Shown one piece after another: positions 25,091-39,179 of a DNA stretch of 64,000 bases. Each line of letters starts with the position of its first letter. Within the stretch, counting starts at the first letter, position 1. The notes under the pieces are model-generated. The model searched no databases, was not told the origin of the DNA, and saw only the letters and a program-made list of their open reading frames with translations. Position numbers and translations under genes: made by a program. This DNA comes from Lama guanicoe (Eukaryota). Where the stretch lies: the NCBI GenBank assembly GCA_013239625.1, contig MU053994.1:3353589-3417588 (forward strand), written 5' to 3'.

Positions 25091-27237
25091 TTTCATTCCA
25101 CAGTATTTATTGTGCTAATAAGCACTTGGTACGCAGAGGCAAACAAAACAGACTTGTTTCTTAACCCTAGCGGAGTTCACAGTGTGGAGAAGAAAAAACT
25201 TCTTACAGTTTCGAAAGTCCTTTTAGCTGTCTGAGCTCTCCACACCGTGTCACCTGTCATGCCTCAGCTCACTTTCATCAGTGGCGATGCGATGTTTCTA
25301 CCTTAGCCTCAGCCAGCTCCCTGTGTGACCACACAGCACAGGTCCGTCTACCGGGGCCCTTCTCCTCTTCCCAGTAATCTGCACTGTGTGGCCAGCTCCA
25401 TTTTTGGCAGACTGCCATTCTTCCTAGATTGCCCTTTCCTTTTAGAATTTCAGGTCACCAGAAAACATGCCTGTATGTTTCTATAAACTTTGTGAAATCT
25501 GTCTTCCTGCAGTTGAGACACTAGACTCAGTCCTCTTGCTTCCCTCCCTCCGCTGTCCTGAGCTCTGGAGACAGACTCTTACCGGGGTTACATAACTTCC
25601 TCTTCACCAGCCAGTTCCTCTTCCTGGGATTCAATTCCACCCCCCTTTACAAAAATTTAAACTGGAACTTCATGTTCTACTAAAATGGTTTCTTCTTGAT
25701 GAAATTATAGGTTAGCATTTTAAGAAAGGCTAAGTCCTTCCAAATGTCTTTTCTCTGGGTACAATGTCAAATCAGGATATTAGTTATGGTAATTCAAATC
25801 CATTTTACATGATAGCATTTCAAGTTTGAATGCACACTCCTACAAAAATGTTTACTGAGAGCAGGGTTTTTGTCTTGTGTGCCTTCGTTTTCCAAGTAGT
25901 ATTTACCCAAGTGTGAACTATTACTAAAATGAAATGAACCGAAAGGTGTTCTTTTTTTTAAGCTAATTTTCATTGAGCACTCTGTTCTGTGACAGAGTAA
26001 AGAAAAGAACAGTTTTCTTGTCTGTAGAATGGATTTTTTCATTTCTACAGACAAGAAAACTAAGGCTTAGGAGAGATTAAGGTGTTTGCCCAAAGTCACA
26101 GAGTTAGTTACGTATGATTTTGAAAACCTTGCCCTGAATGTCTTTATTACACGTGCTAAGAAGCTTCTGTAAAGAAACAGGGCAGCCACTCTAAGAAAGG
26201 AATGAGATGAGATCCCCTGGGACCCACTCCTCACACCTTCTAGCTCTTTATGGTGGCCTCTCAGCCTGAGCTCTTCACAGCTGTCAATACCTACATAAGA
26301 GCCAATGACAACCAGCGCTGCTAACATTCTCTGCAGCCACAAACAAGTGGAATTTATTCACACACTGTCCTAGCAAGAGTCTCAAATTACCCAGCCCAGG
26401 GCATATTTAAGCTGCAGTTACTTGCTTTTAAAATCTTAGACTGCACATCCTATTTCCCACCTACATTCTCACTCTATGCTCTGGGCTTCCAATCTAACTG
26501 GCAGCCGTCGCCATCTGACTGGGTTTAGTTTGGCTACTTTGCTCTCCCGTGTAGTGCTACAAGTCTTCCCAGTGAGGCAAGTGTTGTGCTGTCTTGTTCT
26601 GCTACATTAATTGCACGCCCCCGAAGGCAAATGATTTTAATACCCTCAACTTGGTGTTAGGTTGAAAAGAAGAAAACTCAGACCCCCTTCCTGTATTCCC
26701 GCTACGGAATGAGCAACTGCTACAGTTTATCTGTCACACCATGTGGCAACACGTGTCAAAATGAATGAATGCCACCTATGAGGGAGAGTCCAGCAGGAAG
26801 CTGGACAGGGGCCAGCAGTGGGCCCAGCCCACACATGGCTGCAACCACCTTTACGGAAATTGATACTCATCTTCAAAAAATATGAGCAGTCATTTCACCT
26901 CTATCTCCATTCCCATAACAATTTCCCTAAGAAAAGATGACTTCGTAGTTCAGTTATTTATTTTAATATAGTAAATGAAACAAACCTTGAACATTTACCA
27001 CAGCCATAGGAAAGGTTAGAGCAGGACATTCCATAAGATTCTGCTCTATTTGCTGCGTGTTTTGTGACACCTACAAAACTACATGTATTGTGTAGACATC
27101 CAAATGGTCCGAAATAGGATAAAAGGCAAGTTTCTCACAATGTCTGAAAGTAAATCATGTATTACTTGCACATTGAGCTAAAGTGATTGTTACTGAAATA
27201 ACAGACGACTCATTCAGTGTTTGGCATTCTGTTGCAG

Positions 27238-27316
27238 GGAAAATCTGAAGACATAAAGGCTACTCTCTAGGAACATGTCATTTAGCATCTTCACTTTTTG
27301 ATCCCTAGAGAAGACA
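27238..27316 (+). other. GPR34: GPR34 5'UTR part of the coding exon
   Basis: Acceptor ttggcattctgttgcag|GGA. An alternative acceptor cttcactttttgatccctag ends at 27308. Confidence 0.65.
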
Positions 27317-28453
27317 ATGAGAAGTCACACGGTAACAATGACGACTACTGCAGTCAGCAGCTGGCCTTGCTCCTCCCAGGAAGTGCACTTTGTAACTAAT
27401 CACAGCATCCAATCGCCACACAACTTCTCGGGAGCATCCAATTTTACTGCCTGTTCCATGGATGAAAAATTACTCTCTACCGTGTTAACAACATTCTACT
27501 CTGTTATTTTCATCCTGGGCCTGGTTGGAAACATAATTGCCCTCTATGTGTTTCTGGGTATCCACCGAAAAAGAAATTCCATTCAGATCTACCTACTTAA
27601 TGTAGCCATCGCAGACCTCTTACTCATCTTCTGCCTCCCTTTCCGAATAATGTATCACATTAACCAAAACACGTGGACACTAGGTGTGATTCTTTGCAAG
27701 GTTGTGGGAACACTATTTTATATGAACATGTACATTAGCATTATTTTGCTTGGATTCATCAGTTTGGATCGCTACATCAAAATTAATGGATCTATACAAC
27801 AACGGAAGGCAGTAACAACCAAACAGAGTATTTATGTTTGCTGTACAGTATGGATAGTTGCTCTTGCTGGATTTTTAACTATGATCATTTTAACCCTTAA
27901 GAAAGGAGGTCATAATTCCACAATGTGTTTCCACTATAGAGATAAGCATAATGCAAAAGGAGAAGCAATTTTTAACTTCATTCTTGTGGTAATGTTCTGG
28001 TTAATTTTCCTACTAATAATCCTTTCATATATTAAGATTGGCAAGAATCTATTGAGGATATCTAAAAGGAGGTCAAAATTCCCTAATTCTGGTAAATATG
28101 CCACTACAGCCCGGAATTCCTTTATCGTGCTTATCATTTTCACTGTATGTTTCGTTCCCTATCATGCCTTCCGATTTGTCTATATTTCTTCACAGCTAAA
28201 TGTGTCGTCTTGCCATTGGAAGGAAATCATTCACAAAACCAATGAGATCATGCTGGTTTTCTCATCTTTCAATAGTTGTTTAGATCCAGTCATGTATTTC
28301 TTGATGTCCAGTAACATTCGCAAAATAATGTGCCAACTTCTTTCTAGACGATTTCAAGGGGAAGCAAGCAGGAGTGAAAGCACTTCAGAATTTAAACCAG
28401 GATACTCCCTGCACGATACATCTGCTGGAGCTAAAATACAGCCTACTTCTTAA
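27317..28453 (+). CDS. GPR34: G protein-coupled receptor 34 (lysophosphatidylserine receptor, P2Y12-like class A GPCR), 378 aa
   Basis: Intronless ORF with 7 hydrophobic segments and GN, LxxAD, DRY (151-153), CFVPYH and DPVMY motifs. N-terminus [11 protein letters not shown]; position inside CASK intron 5 fits known synteny. Confidence 0.98.
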   Translation: MRSHTVTMTTTAVSSWPCSSQEVHFVTNHSIQSPHNFSGASNFTACSMDEKLLSTVLTTFYSVIFILGLVGNIIALYVFLGIHRKRNSIQIYLLNVAIADLLLIFCLPFRIMYHINQNTWTLGVILCKVVGTLFYMNMYISIILLGFISLDRYIKINGSIQQRKAVTTKQSIYVCCTVWIVALAGFLTMIILTLKKGGHNSTMCFHYRDKHNAKGEAIFNFILVVMFWLIFLLIILSYIKIGKNLLRISKRRSKFPNSGKYATTARNSFIVLIIFTVCFVPYHAFRFVYISSQLNVSSCHWKEIIHKTNEIMLVFSSFNSCLDPVMYFLMSSNIRKIMCQLLSRRFQGEASRSESTSEFKPGYSLHDTSAGAKIQPTS

Positions 28454-28936
28454 AGCACTTGAGGTAAACATATTAAAAAGAACGATAAAATACAGCCACT
28501 CCATTCCTTGAGGAACAAAAAAATTATGAAGCAAAGCTCTAACATTTACAAAGCTCAGATCTTCCCAAATTTCATTTCTTATTTGTGATATTTCATTTGC
28601 TTTACTGTAAATTATTTCAAGGGAAAGCTTATACTCATCACTAGACTTTAAATCTGTATATAAAATCTTCTTAAAAATATTGTTAGGCTAACACTGTTAA
28701 CATAGATTATAAAGTTAAATGAAATTTATGGTTTTAACTACAGAATAATTCAAGAAAATGTCAGTTACTCAAGTTACTAAAGCTGTTATTCAAAATCAAG
28801 CACCTAATACTAATTTAAAGTGTGTTTAAATATTAAATGATTTAAGGAAAAGCTTATGTTTATTATCATTTAAAAAGCTTGTATAATTTGTCATTGTATT
28901 CACTTATGCCTAAACTTCTATAACAGATGAAATGAT

Positions 28937-28942
28937 AATAAA
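28937..28942 (+). terminator. Probable GPR34 polyadenylation signal
   Basis: First AATAAA I found after the stop (~485 nt); ATTAAA variants at 28472 and 28832. Confidence 0.5.
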
Positions 28943-29149
28943 ATTCTAATAAGAATGAAATCACCCACTATCTATCACTACTTAGACAAAATGGAAAGAA
29001 TTTAAATATCTATGGTAAAAATCAAACAACAGATGAGCTAAGAATTCATCAGCCCAGCAACAGGATTTAGAACTGCACCTTACTTAAGACAGATTTATAA
29101 ACGATTCAGCCATCTTGGACTACATGCTTTGATAGAGTAACACTGAAGA

Positions 29150-29680
29150 CGTGTACATCCTATGGTTCAGCAAGTCCACTTCTAGGTATACATTTTACAG
29201 AACCACTCAAACATGTATACAAGGAAACACATGTAATGATGCTAAATGACCTACTGTTCATAATACTAAACGATTGGAAATAACCTAAGTGAGTTTGCAT
29301 CGGCAAAGGAATGGAGAAATAGACTACACCTGCATGCACCAACATGGGGAATTCTCAAAAATAATGTTGAATAAAAATCAAACAAATAAAAACTGCAAAA
29401 GGGTATGTATATGAAATCATTTATATAAAATACAAAAACATGTAAAATAACATTCTTTATGGATCTATATATGCAATAAAAATATAAAATGTGTGGTAAT
29501 ATACACAACATATATACCAACTTAAGGTTAATGGTTATATCTTGAGAGATTTGAAGCAAATACAGCAAAATATTAATAATGTCTGTTAAATCTGCGTGGT
29601 AGTACATGGGTATTTGTTATATTATTTTTGGTATATATCTGAGTGTTTGAAGTATTTCAGAACAATAAAGAAAATCTGTA
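29150..29680 (+). mobile_element. Old L1ME-type 3' fragment
   Basis: CAGCAAGTCCACTTCTAGGTAT...TGGAAATAACCTAAGTG...AACATGGGGAATTCTCAAAA. Confidence 0.7.
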
Positions 29681-32600
29681 GATTAGAATTAAAAGGAACA
29701 AATTCTGAAATTTTCATGTATGTTCAAAAATAATTGGAGCTTAAGCTCTAAGAGGAAGGGCCTTTATTCATTACTGACTGCCCAGAGCATGTAGCTGCAT
29801 TGCCTGGCACCACAAAGATCAATACGTATTTGCTGAATAACTGAACGAATGAGTGGATGAATGAGACAGGGAGGGATGGAAGGAAGGCATGCTTAACGGA
29901 ATCAGAAAAGTAGGTTATTTTGCTTTTTTCCTAAGTCAGTGTATCTGGATATAACTGTATAGAACATCATATGATTGAAATCAGGAGATGTCATTAAGGC
30001 AAGCATTCTCAAAAGTTTGGCCATTACCGTTCAGCTCTTTGATTACACACAGCATCAGAATGCCATTGACTGAATATATAGAAACCTGTTATGACAAACT
30101 AAGGATCTACTCATAAGTTTCTGTTACCAAGTATGAGAATTTTTTATAGCCAGAATACTTCAAACTTCTGGTAGGCTACGGACTGGAAAATCAACATTAA
30201 AGAGTAAGAAGAATTTTGTTAGGGCTGAATTTATTTTAACAAGATTTGGCTTGTATACAATTAGTGCTCAACTGAGCTGTATTTCATAAGTGCACACAAA
30301 TGGTTGCATAAATAATAGGTCAAAGCAGAATTATATTTAAAAAACAAGAAACATTTGAGAATAAAAATTGAAATTTGCAGAAAAATTAGAGGCTTGGGAA
30401 AAGTAATAAAATGTATATTAATTACTTTGCTTTGACAACATCAATGAATACCACCAAACTGAAATCCAGAATTTCTGTTTGTATAATTTAAAAATATGAC
30501 AATATTGATTTTCTCTCATGTTCTCAAAATTAATTTTTTACATTACTAGCAAACATTTTATGTCCCTACGTGTCTCTATTGTAAACATACAGTTTGAATG
30601 GTTAAATTACATTACCTATTATCATTAGCGGTAGTTTTATGGAACATTACAAGAAACATAAATACACTCATAATTCTACAAGCTGTCTCATTATTTATAC
30701 TAAATGAGATGATCCCTATAAAGCCCTGCACAATGGCATTCTTAAAAAATAAAGTACATCGAGTCAATTCTTGCTACAATATTTGTAATAAAATAAATTT
30801 TTATAAAAGTCAACCTGTCTATAAGCTCATAATGGATTTTGTTTACTGACTGGAGTTTCACTAATAACATGCCTTAGAGTAGCCTGAATCCTGAGAACGT
30901 TTCTAAAATTTTTAGAAAAACATGTTAAACTTACGAAATTTAAGGCTATTATGCATAAGCTTTCATTTCTTGCTGAGCATTAGTGTACACGGGCAGGAAA
31001 CACTGTCCTACCTCCCCCAAGCCAAGGTTTAGTTCTAGAAGCACACAGAAAAGGGACATTCAGAAGTACATACACATCCCTACCTTGCAAAAGAGCTTCA
31101 CAACAAGTTTCTAAATAACACCTCACATATGCAAAACCAAACAAAGGCAAAATTAACTGCCTGGCTGCCAGAATAAGACCTCAATGCTGAGTATTGCTAT
31201 TAGTTTTGGAAAAGTGTTCTGTGCAGAGTCCAGTTTGATGGCAGTTGAATTTCTAAGGTCAGGTCACTAGAAAAAGAAAATTCTGTTCTAGTACAGAAAG
31301 TTTTATTTTCAACTGCTTTTTAAAATGGATTCTTCAGTCCTGCTGATATAAAAGAAGAACCAATATAATTATAGCTCTGTGAAGCAAAGCCTTACTGAAG
31401 GTTACCCACAAGAGAAAAACAGCATGAAATGGAGTTCTCTCAACAGGCAGTCTGGATTTTGCAGAAACATGTTAACGGGCTAATTATTCTTTAGCCTTTT
31501 GAAATATGAATGGAAACTTATTTCACCAGATACTAAAATATATTCTTATTCTTCTTTAAGTCTAACACTGTGGAGCAGATACAAGAAGAAGCTTATCAGA
31601 GGGATGGAATGCATATCTCTATGCAGACCCTTCATGATATATAAGATTAACTGGCAAATTAATCAATCTCAGAAGGGTAGGAGCAAGAACAAATCAGAGG
31701 GAAACCAAAGATTCTGTTAGTCAAGATGCGTTACAATCTTGCAAAAAGGGGTTAAGTGAATTTTTAAAAAAGTTTTCTGAGTGGCTCTGATAAACTTTTC
31801 TCCCTCAGAGAGAATCGCTTCATATCAAGGAGACATCACAAAAAGCATTGGGGAAGGAGGGAATACATTAATAAATAGTGCTGTGTTTATTTAAAATAAA
31901 AAGCCAATTTATAGCCTCATTTCATATCACACTAAAAAAAAAGTGGATCAAAGAGTTAAATGTAAATAATGAAATCATTAAAAGACTTTAAAATGTATGA
32001 CTAACTCATGTGTGGAAGGGAAAGAACTTTCTATTAATAAAATAGGAATAACTGTAGGAGAAAACGCATAGATTTGACTTTAGGAAGTAGATTTTTGGGG
32101 TCAAAAAACATAAAAGCAAAAACACAAAGTGAGAAAAATATTCACAACAGTAAGACATTTACTGGAGAGTAAGGCACCAACAGACACCATAAAGTTCTAA
32201 AGAAATTTGTAGTTTTGATGAGAAGAAAGCATTTGAATCTCAGAATATAATCTGAATTATGTCAACTCGGATGAGACAGAAACTCTCACGAAGGCTGGTG
32301 TGGTGTCTTTTTTCATAGCCACATGACCCAGCTGAGGACACATTCCTATAAGTGGCTGCTGTAGTGCCTCAGTTCAGTCCGGTTTTCAAATTAAGACCTT
32401 GAGGGCTGGCTGTGTGCTGGTGACAACACACTCGGAACCAGAAAGGAGGTGCTAGGTTTGTCCTAAACTTCTACTTTGCCTCTTACTTCTCCCCTTCAAG
32501 CTCCCATGCAAAGGAATGGGAAGCAAAGTAAAATATATTTATTTATGTGCCTTTTACCGTGCTGGGTGCTTGGCACGCATCATTATCATTTAATCCTCAG

Positions 32601-33199
32601 TGTGTTGTAATGTAAGGATCAAATGTATTTTATATGAGGGGATGCAAGCTGGTAGACTTTTACTCCATAGGCATTGTCTCTGCTAAGACAGTGCTTGTCA
32701 TTTTCATTGCATTCTGCCCAAGGACAATGGTAATTATTGAGATGTCTGTTGCTTAAAAAAAAATCCCCCAAAACCCACAAATAGGCATTCATATGTACTT
32801 AGGGCAAAAAAATTCTGTTTCTTACTCATCAAAACTGTGTGGTGTCAAAAAACCAAAATCTTAAAAGAAATCGTTTTCTAGCTATCACACATTTGTACAC
32901 TCTGAAGGCTTTGCCTGAAACATGGACAATAATGCAGGACAAAAGCGTACAGGTTGAATAGAAGGAGGAAAAAAGAAATCAAATTAGAGGTCTCTCACCC
33001 TTATTAATTCTACTTTTGGCCCAGGAAATGCATAAAGAACCACCATAAAATGAGCTTTGGAAAAGGTTTCTAATCATGGTTTTGGATACAGGTGTTGATG
33101 ATACAGAGAATCTCTTTTTGCTTTAGGAAGCCATGCAAGTTATTCCAGGAACAGCAGTGAACTGTTACAAGTTATACTCTGGTTTGGTAATTCCACATG

Positions 33200-34265
33200 T
33201 AATCTTTTTTAGTTATAAAATATTTCAAACATATAAAAAAGTGAAAAAAAAAACCCCACTGTAACAGACAGCTAAGCACCCATCACCCAAAATTTACAAA
33301 TGTTAAGTGTTTTGGCTCCATTTGCTTAACTGCTCTCTTGTACCTATACATAATCTGAAAAGTTAGATATACTAAAACTCATCCTGAGGTAGCCTCTTTC
33401 CTAAAGTTAGTGTATATTATTCTGATGTATATATTTACACTTTTATAACACACGTAAGTAGTATGCATAACAATGTGCACTAGTTTTTGTTTTTAAAATT
33501 TACAAATAGTATCTTACTATTATATTCTCTTGTAACTTTTCCCACTCAAATTATGTTTCTGTTGATACATGTAGGTGCCATTCATTCATCTTCACAGATG
33601 CACAGTGTTTTATCATGAGAATAAACAAGAGTTCAATTCTCCATTTCCCCTAACAATGGGCCCTTAGGTGGTTTCCACTTTTTTGCTCTTAGGAACCATG
33701 CTCAAGTGAAGTCTTTGTACGCCTTGTGCCCATGTGTGAAATTTCTCTACGGTCGACACCTACAAGGAGAAATGCTTGGTAGTAAATGGTATGCATATCT
33801 TCAATTTATCTCAGTTGTGACAAAGTGCTCTCCAAAGTGAACTTACCAATTTATCTACCTATCCGACCACTAAGAAGATAAATGTTCCTCTACCCACAAC
33901 CTCACCAATACTTGATTTTATCAGATTTACTAATTTGTCCCAAACTGGGAGGTGTGAAATGGCATTTCCCTGTGGTTTTAATTGGCACTTCTCTGATTAC
34001 AAGTGAAATGGAGCATCAGATTCTCACAGTGTTTTGTCCATTCAGGTTTCTCCTTGGGTGAATGGCCTATTCATAGCTACACGTCTCCGTCTTTCCCTTT
34101 AATGAGCTGCTTTTATTCTTTTCTTTCTTTTTTATTTCAAATTGTTGAAATAGTTCTTTACATACTCTGTACACCAATCTTTTGTTCTTTATATGGGCTG
34201 CAAACAACTTCTACCAGTATGGGACTTGTCTCTTACTTTGCTGATGGTTTCTTTTGCCAGATACC
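33200..34265 (-). mobile_element. Old L1M fragment
   Basis: CCACAACCTCACCAATACTTGA...GTGTGAAATGGCATTTCCCTGTGGTTTTAATTGGCACTTCTCTGATTAC (antisense ORF2 end and 3'UTR). Confidence 0.75.
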
Positions 34266-34809
34266 ATAAGCAAAGGAAGACGCTCTCTAGTCAATAAATC
34301 TTGATGAACCCTGACCCTTTGAAATATATTCATCCCTCAAGGATCAAGCTAAAGAATTTGCTGATGGACTTATCTTATAATTAGATAGCTTGGCATTACA
34401 GTCAGAAATAGTACATAGAAGTGCAGTGAGGTGTCCCCTGAGAACACAGAAATAGAAATGCTTGCTGAGAATTAAACTACAAAATTCAAACATCTGAGTA
34501 CAACAGATATGTAAACGATTTTAAAGTGATAGAAAGTCTCCCAGACCAGGAGTTGATCTGTTAAATGTGTAGACATATTTTTAAAAAGATTTAGCCATTC
34601 ACTAGCAGGTGGGGGAAAAAAAGGAGGGGGGACCAAGAAGATGTTAGTATTGCCCATTCAAACAGAGTCGGGCAGGAGGAGGTCGTGACCAGTGGACCAG
34701 GAGTATTATCATCCCACTGGTAAAGCCATGGCAAGCCTTATGGTGGGGCTGGATCCAATGAGTCTTCTTAGCCCAGTGACATTAAACATTATTAAATAAT
34801 GAACCGAGA

Positions 34810-35020
34810 GGCATAACAGACAGGTTAAAGGGCAGCTGCTGCAGCCAGACTGCCTGAGTCCAATTTCTGGCTCCACCACTTACTATGTCACCTTGGACAA
34901 GCTCTCTTTCCTCTACTGAGAAAACAAGAGTAATAGGAGTACCTAACTCGTATTGTTGTTATGAAGACTGAATGAGTGAATAAATGTTCCTGGCCGGTAG
35001 GAAACATTCAATGTATGTTA
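34810..35020 (+). mobile_element. MIR SINE
   Basis: GCAGCCAGACTGCCTGAGTCCAATTTCTGGCTCCACCACTTACT...ACCTTGGACAAG. Confidence 0.75.
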
Positions 35021-37247
35021 CTGAAATACTCAAACTCCAGGGAAAGGCAGGGGAAATAATACAATGGAATGGTCAGAAGCTGAAGGTAAACATCAGAACT
35101 AGGAAGCTACACAGTGGAAGCTGACCTGGGTCAAATGAAGTGCGGGGGGAGGCACTTACAATGGGGAACTGAACTTCAGCTTTCACTGACAACAGCACTG
35201 TCCAGGACAGGCACGGTCGCAGACCCACTCTATTTTGTGTGAGTCAGAAGCATACTCTGAAACTTGAGCAAGTAGAAGAGGAGAGGACACCAGAAGGACA
35301 GTTTGAAAGAATGGGATTAAAGCAGAAGGCTAAAGGAAAGACATCTGTGCAAAAATGTGCATGTGCGTAGCTGCAGGGAGCGAGCTGAAAAAGGACCAGT
35401 GAAGGATGAGGATTGCAAGCAGCATGTTTCACCAGATTGTAGGAGAGGGTATTCTAACAATTGCAGATCTCAAATGGAATAGAAAGCCAGTGAGTCGTTT
35501 GCTAGTAGACCTGCTCCAATATAGTATGAGTCCTCAGCAGGCTGGGAGGGTAACAAAGCATTTCGAGCATTTAGTAAAATTTGGATGAGATGTTCTTTAG
35601 ATTCCTTTAATAGAAGTTTTGAGTTTTACAGAACAGTCAACACCTTAAAAATGAGTGGCAACCAGGGGCCACCTGGGATCTTGTTGCTCCATCAGGTTGT
35701 ACCAACACAGTCATGCCCTCAGGGCTACTCAGGTGGGTACAGCTGGTGGGGGTGGAGGAGGGAGGCTGCTTGTTGTATGGTCAATGGTCCCCAAGCAGCT
35801 TCCCAGAGTTTTTTTTTTTTGTAGTGGATTTGGCCCCTGCTCCTTGCTCAGCACACCATAGGCATTCATTAATATTTACAGCTAGAGAGTCTGTTTAAAC
35901 TTTATCTAAAATAATTTGATGGATTCTGGGAGCTTTGTGACATTTATGTTAGGTGCTAAGGTTTCTTTGCTTTCTGACACTTGGCTTCGTTCTGTGTAAT
36001 CAGAGTGGTCAAACAGGTCACCGCACTGCATCCTGAAATGGGGACAAGGCACCTTCATTGTAAAACTGACTCAATAGCATAAACTCAGGTGGGAATGGTA
36101 ATCATTCTGATGTGCTATATTTTTACATTTTATCCAGTGACAAGCTTCTGGACCAAAAGATTTGAATGCCTTCCATTAACACTGCTGGCAATGCTGTTAC
36201 AGACCCTTTCCTGTTACAGACATTTCCTTTCTACGTTTCCTGCCCCTTCTCATGTTCTATCACCCACCACAACTTTCTAGTGTCCTCAATCCTCCCACCC
36301 CGCTTTTTTTTCCCTTTCCTGTACTCAGCATCACCTCTTTCTCTTCCCAATTCAGTTTTACCTCTTATTTTCTGACTTTCTCTTTTAATTGCCGGTCTCA
36401 GAATTTAGTACCCTTTTCTCTTATGTGTCCCCTGATCTGTCAGAAGCAGAAATGCTTCATTATTTGTGTGGAAATTTGGTTTGTATTCAAAAGAAGAACA
36501 CTGTTTCTGCTATATTAAAAACAATGCTCAGCTGGTTGCAAAGGGAACTGATGAGGTTTGCATGCATGTTCATATTCAGTTCCCCTTTGTGGCCAGTGAG
36601 ACTTGAAAAACACTGGAACACACAGGGTCAGCTCTTGTGCAGACTGATTATAGAGTTCCAAATATATGTGGCAAGTAGTGAGAGGAGTCAGCTAAGTAAG
36701 TAAATGAGGGTCTCACGCTCTGACAGTTGGCATTTGTGATCTGCAAATTACTAAACCTCCAGTACTAAGCACAACCTGGCATGGTGGGGTAGGGGGGAAG
36801 CTACCAAAGGGGCAAGCCAGACTCATCATCTTTCTATACCCTTTTACACTCTACTATTGCAGATGTCAATTAATCACCCAGTTCTTAGGATCAAGTTAGC
36901 AGACAGATTTTTCTTCTAGTTTTACTGAAAAGCTAGATTAGTATTCTGGAAATAGAAAAGAAAGAGCTATTTACAGAGGATTAAAAAGTACAAAGGAAAC
37001 AGCATGAATTCATGATATATTAAAAGGTGTATTAAAAGTAAGAAATAATCAAAAGAAAATAATAGCTCCAAGACCCGAGTGGAGCACAGTGGGTATCCCT
37101 TTTCTTTTTGGATATTATCCAAGAAACAATGAACTCTGAGGTACACATACTATATTAATCCCCAAGGAAGAGCCAATGCACTATACTTTAGGAAAAAAAT
37201 ATAAAAATCTAGTTAGGACATTGCAATCGCAAGCACATTAAATGAAA

Positions 37248-37719
37248 TGTGGTGGATTAAAATTCTCCGCAGCGCTTCTCATCCAGACATGGAGCCTCTG
37301 CCCACCTCTTGAGTCTGAGCAGGTATTGTGACTTGCTTTGACCAATTAAAAGTGGTGGACATTGTATGGCATCTGAGCAAGGCCTAAGAGGACTCACAGC
37401 TTCCAGTTTTGCACTTTTGAGACCCTGAGACCAACATGGTGTAAAGAACCCAGGGTGAAAGATCACACGGAGAAAGATGGTCAGCCTGTACAACCATCTC
37501 AGCTGAGGCTCCAGACATGAGTCGAGGTCCCTGTGGACCATCCAAGCCTCAGCTGAGTTGCCAGATAACTAAGAAGCTGCATGAATGGCCCCAGGTGAGA
37601 CTGAAAGAACTGTCTAGCTGAGCCCAGGACCAACTAAGACTGAGAGTGAACAAATGGCTGTTGTCATAAGCCACCAAGTCTAGGAGTGGTTCGGTATGCA
37701 GCAATAGATAAATGATGCA
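37248..37719 (+). mobile_element. MLT1-family (ERVL-MaLR) solo LTR
   Basis: TG...CA ends; TGTGACTTGCTTTGACCAA, CTAGCTGAGCCCAG, TAAGCCACCAAGT...TATGCAGCAATAGATAA. Confidence 0.8.
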
Positions 37720-39179
37720 TATAATGCATAAAAAATACAAAGTATGTGTACCATTAATTTCTAAACAGGTGACAACAAATATAGTAATTTCATTAACAAA
37801 AAAGACAACGCCTCAAATTATTTTGTTTGAAAGCTGTGTGTGTGCTCGTGCATGTGTCTGTGTGTGTATCTGGGTGTGAGAGAGAAGGGGAGTTATCTAT
37901 TTTACAAACCACTGCAGGGTGGGGAGTGGCAGGGTTACTGAAGATTTAGTATCTCTGTATTGTCAGAGATAAAACAAGCATATGCTGGATAATAAGGCAA
38001 CTGAATAGACATGACACGTTTTCATTACAAGCCTTTTAGTAGGACTTGACTTTTAAAAACTATGTCCATGAATTGCTATGGCTTTAAAAATAAAGTCTAA
38101 AAAGCTAAAAGATATGAGAAAAACTTTCACATAATAAAATGTCAGACTTTCTTTTTACCACCAGGATAACTGTGGCTGTGAATGATTTTACAAAGGTGAC
38201 TCTTGGTATAATCACTCGTACAAAACGAAACAAAATGAAACTCCAAAAGACGTAGCCTGTTAAAGGCAGATGAGTGTCAATGGGTTTTCATCTTGAGGAC
38301 AGAAATCCATTGTCCATATCATTACTTGTATTCTATCAGGTGTAAAGTGTTTTTCAGCTACTAAAATAAAGTTTATCATTTTGTTAGAGCTTAAAAGAAA
38401 CTAAACTTTTAAACTGTTCGACGTTTCTAGCTGGAAAATAGTGCAAGGTGGGCAGTTTATGCTTCAGCAGCCTTTACAGCAGAAGAGGTTTAACTAGGGC
38501 CGGTGATACACTGCCCTCTGCTGGCCAAAGCGTTGCCAAAGAAATGATTATCTACAGACTTGAACCCTGGTTTCTTCTTTCAAATTTTCTCTACCAGGTA
38601 TTTCTGGAGATATGGAATCCCAGAGAACTTGTATTTCCTGGATTCAGTATTTTATTTGGAGGTCTATTAAAACAACACATTTTAGGCTGGCTTTTTAAAA
38701 ATGTATTTATTTGGGGGGGGAATTATAGGCTGACTTTTGATGGAGGAAGAGGAAGAAGAGACCACATGGTAGTATTAGAAACTATGCCACATATAGTATA
38801 ATTTGAGAAATATCTAAAACACCAAGACTTGTTTAGAGTGATACCTTAAAATGACTACTTCAAGTCTAATGTATCTCCATCTGTCAAAACATTACAAAGA
38901 TGCAACCACCAATATAAGAAATGATTTAGGCAAGGACCATCAATAAATACTAAAATCCACTGGGTGAGAGGGAAAAACCATATTCAGAGAGTCTCGAAAT
39001 ATGACCCTCAGATTACTTATCAATTACAAAGGGGAAAAGTACCTGTACAATGAGGAGCTAGCAGTAATGAGTAAATTTCCAGAATGAAAACTAGAAACAG
39101 GTATACAAGCGAGATACATTTTTGGTCACTGGGGATACTTGGTCACCTTTTCTAAAACAACAATCCAGATTCCAGTAGC

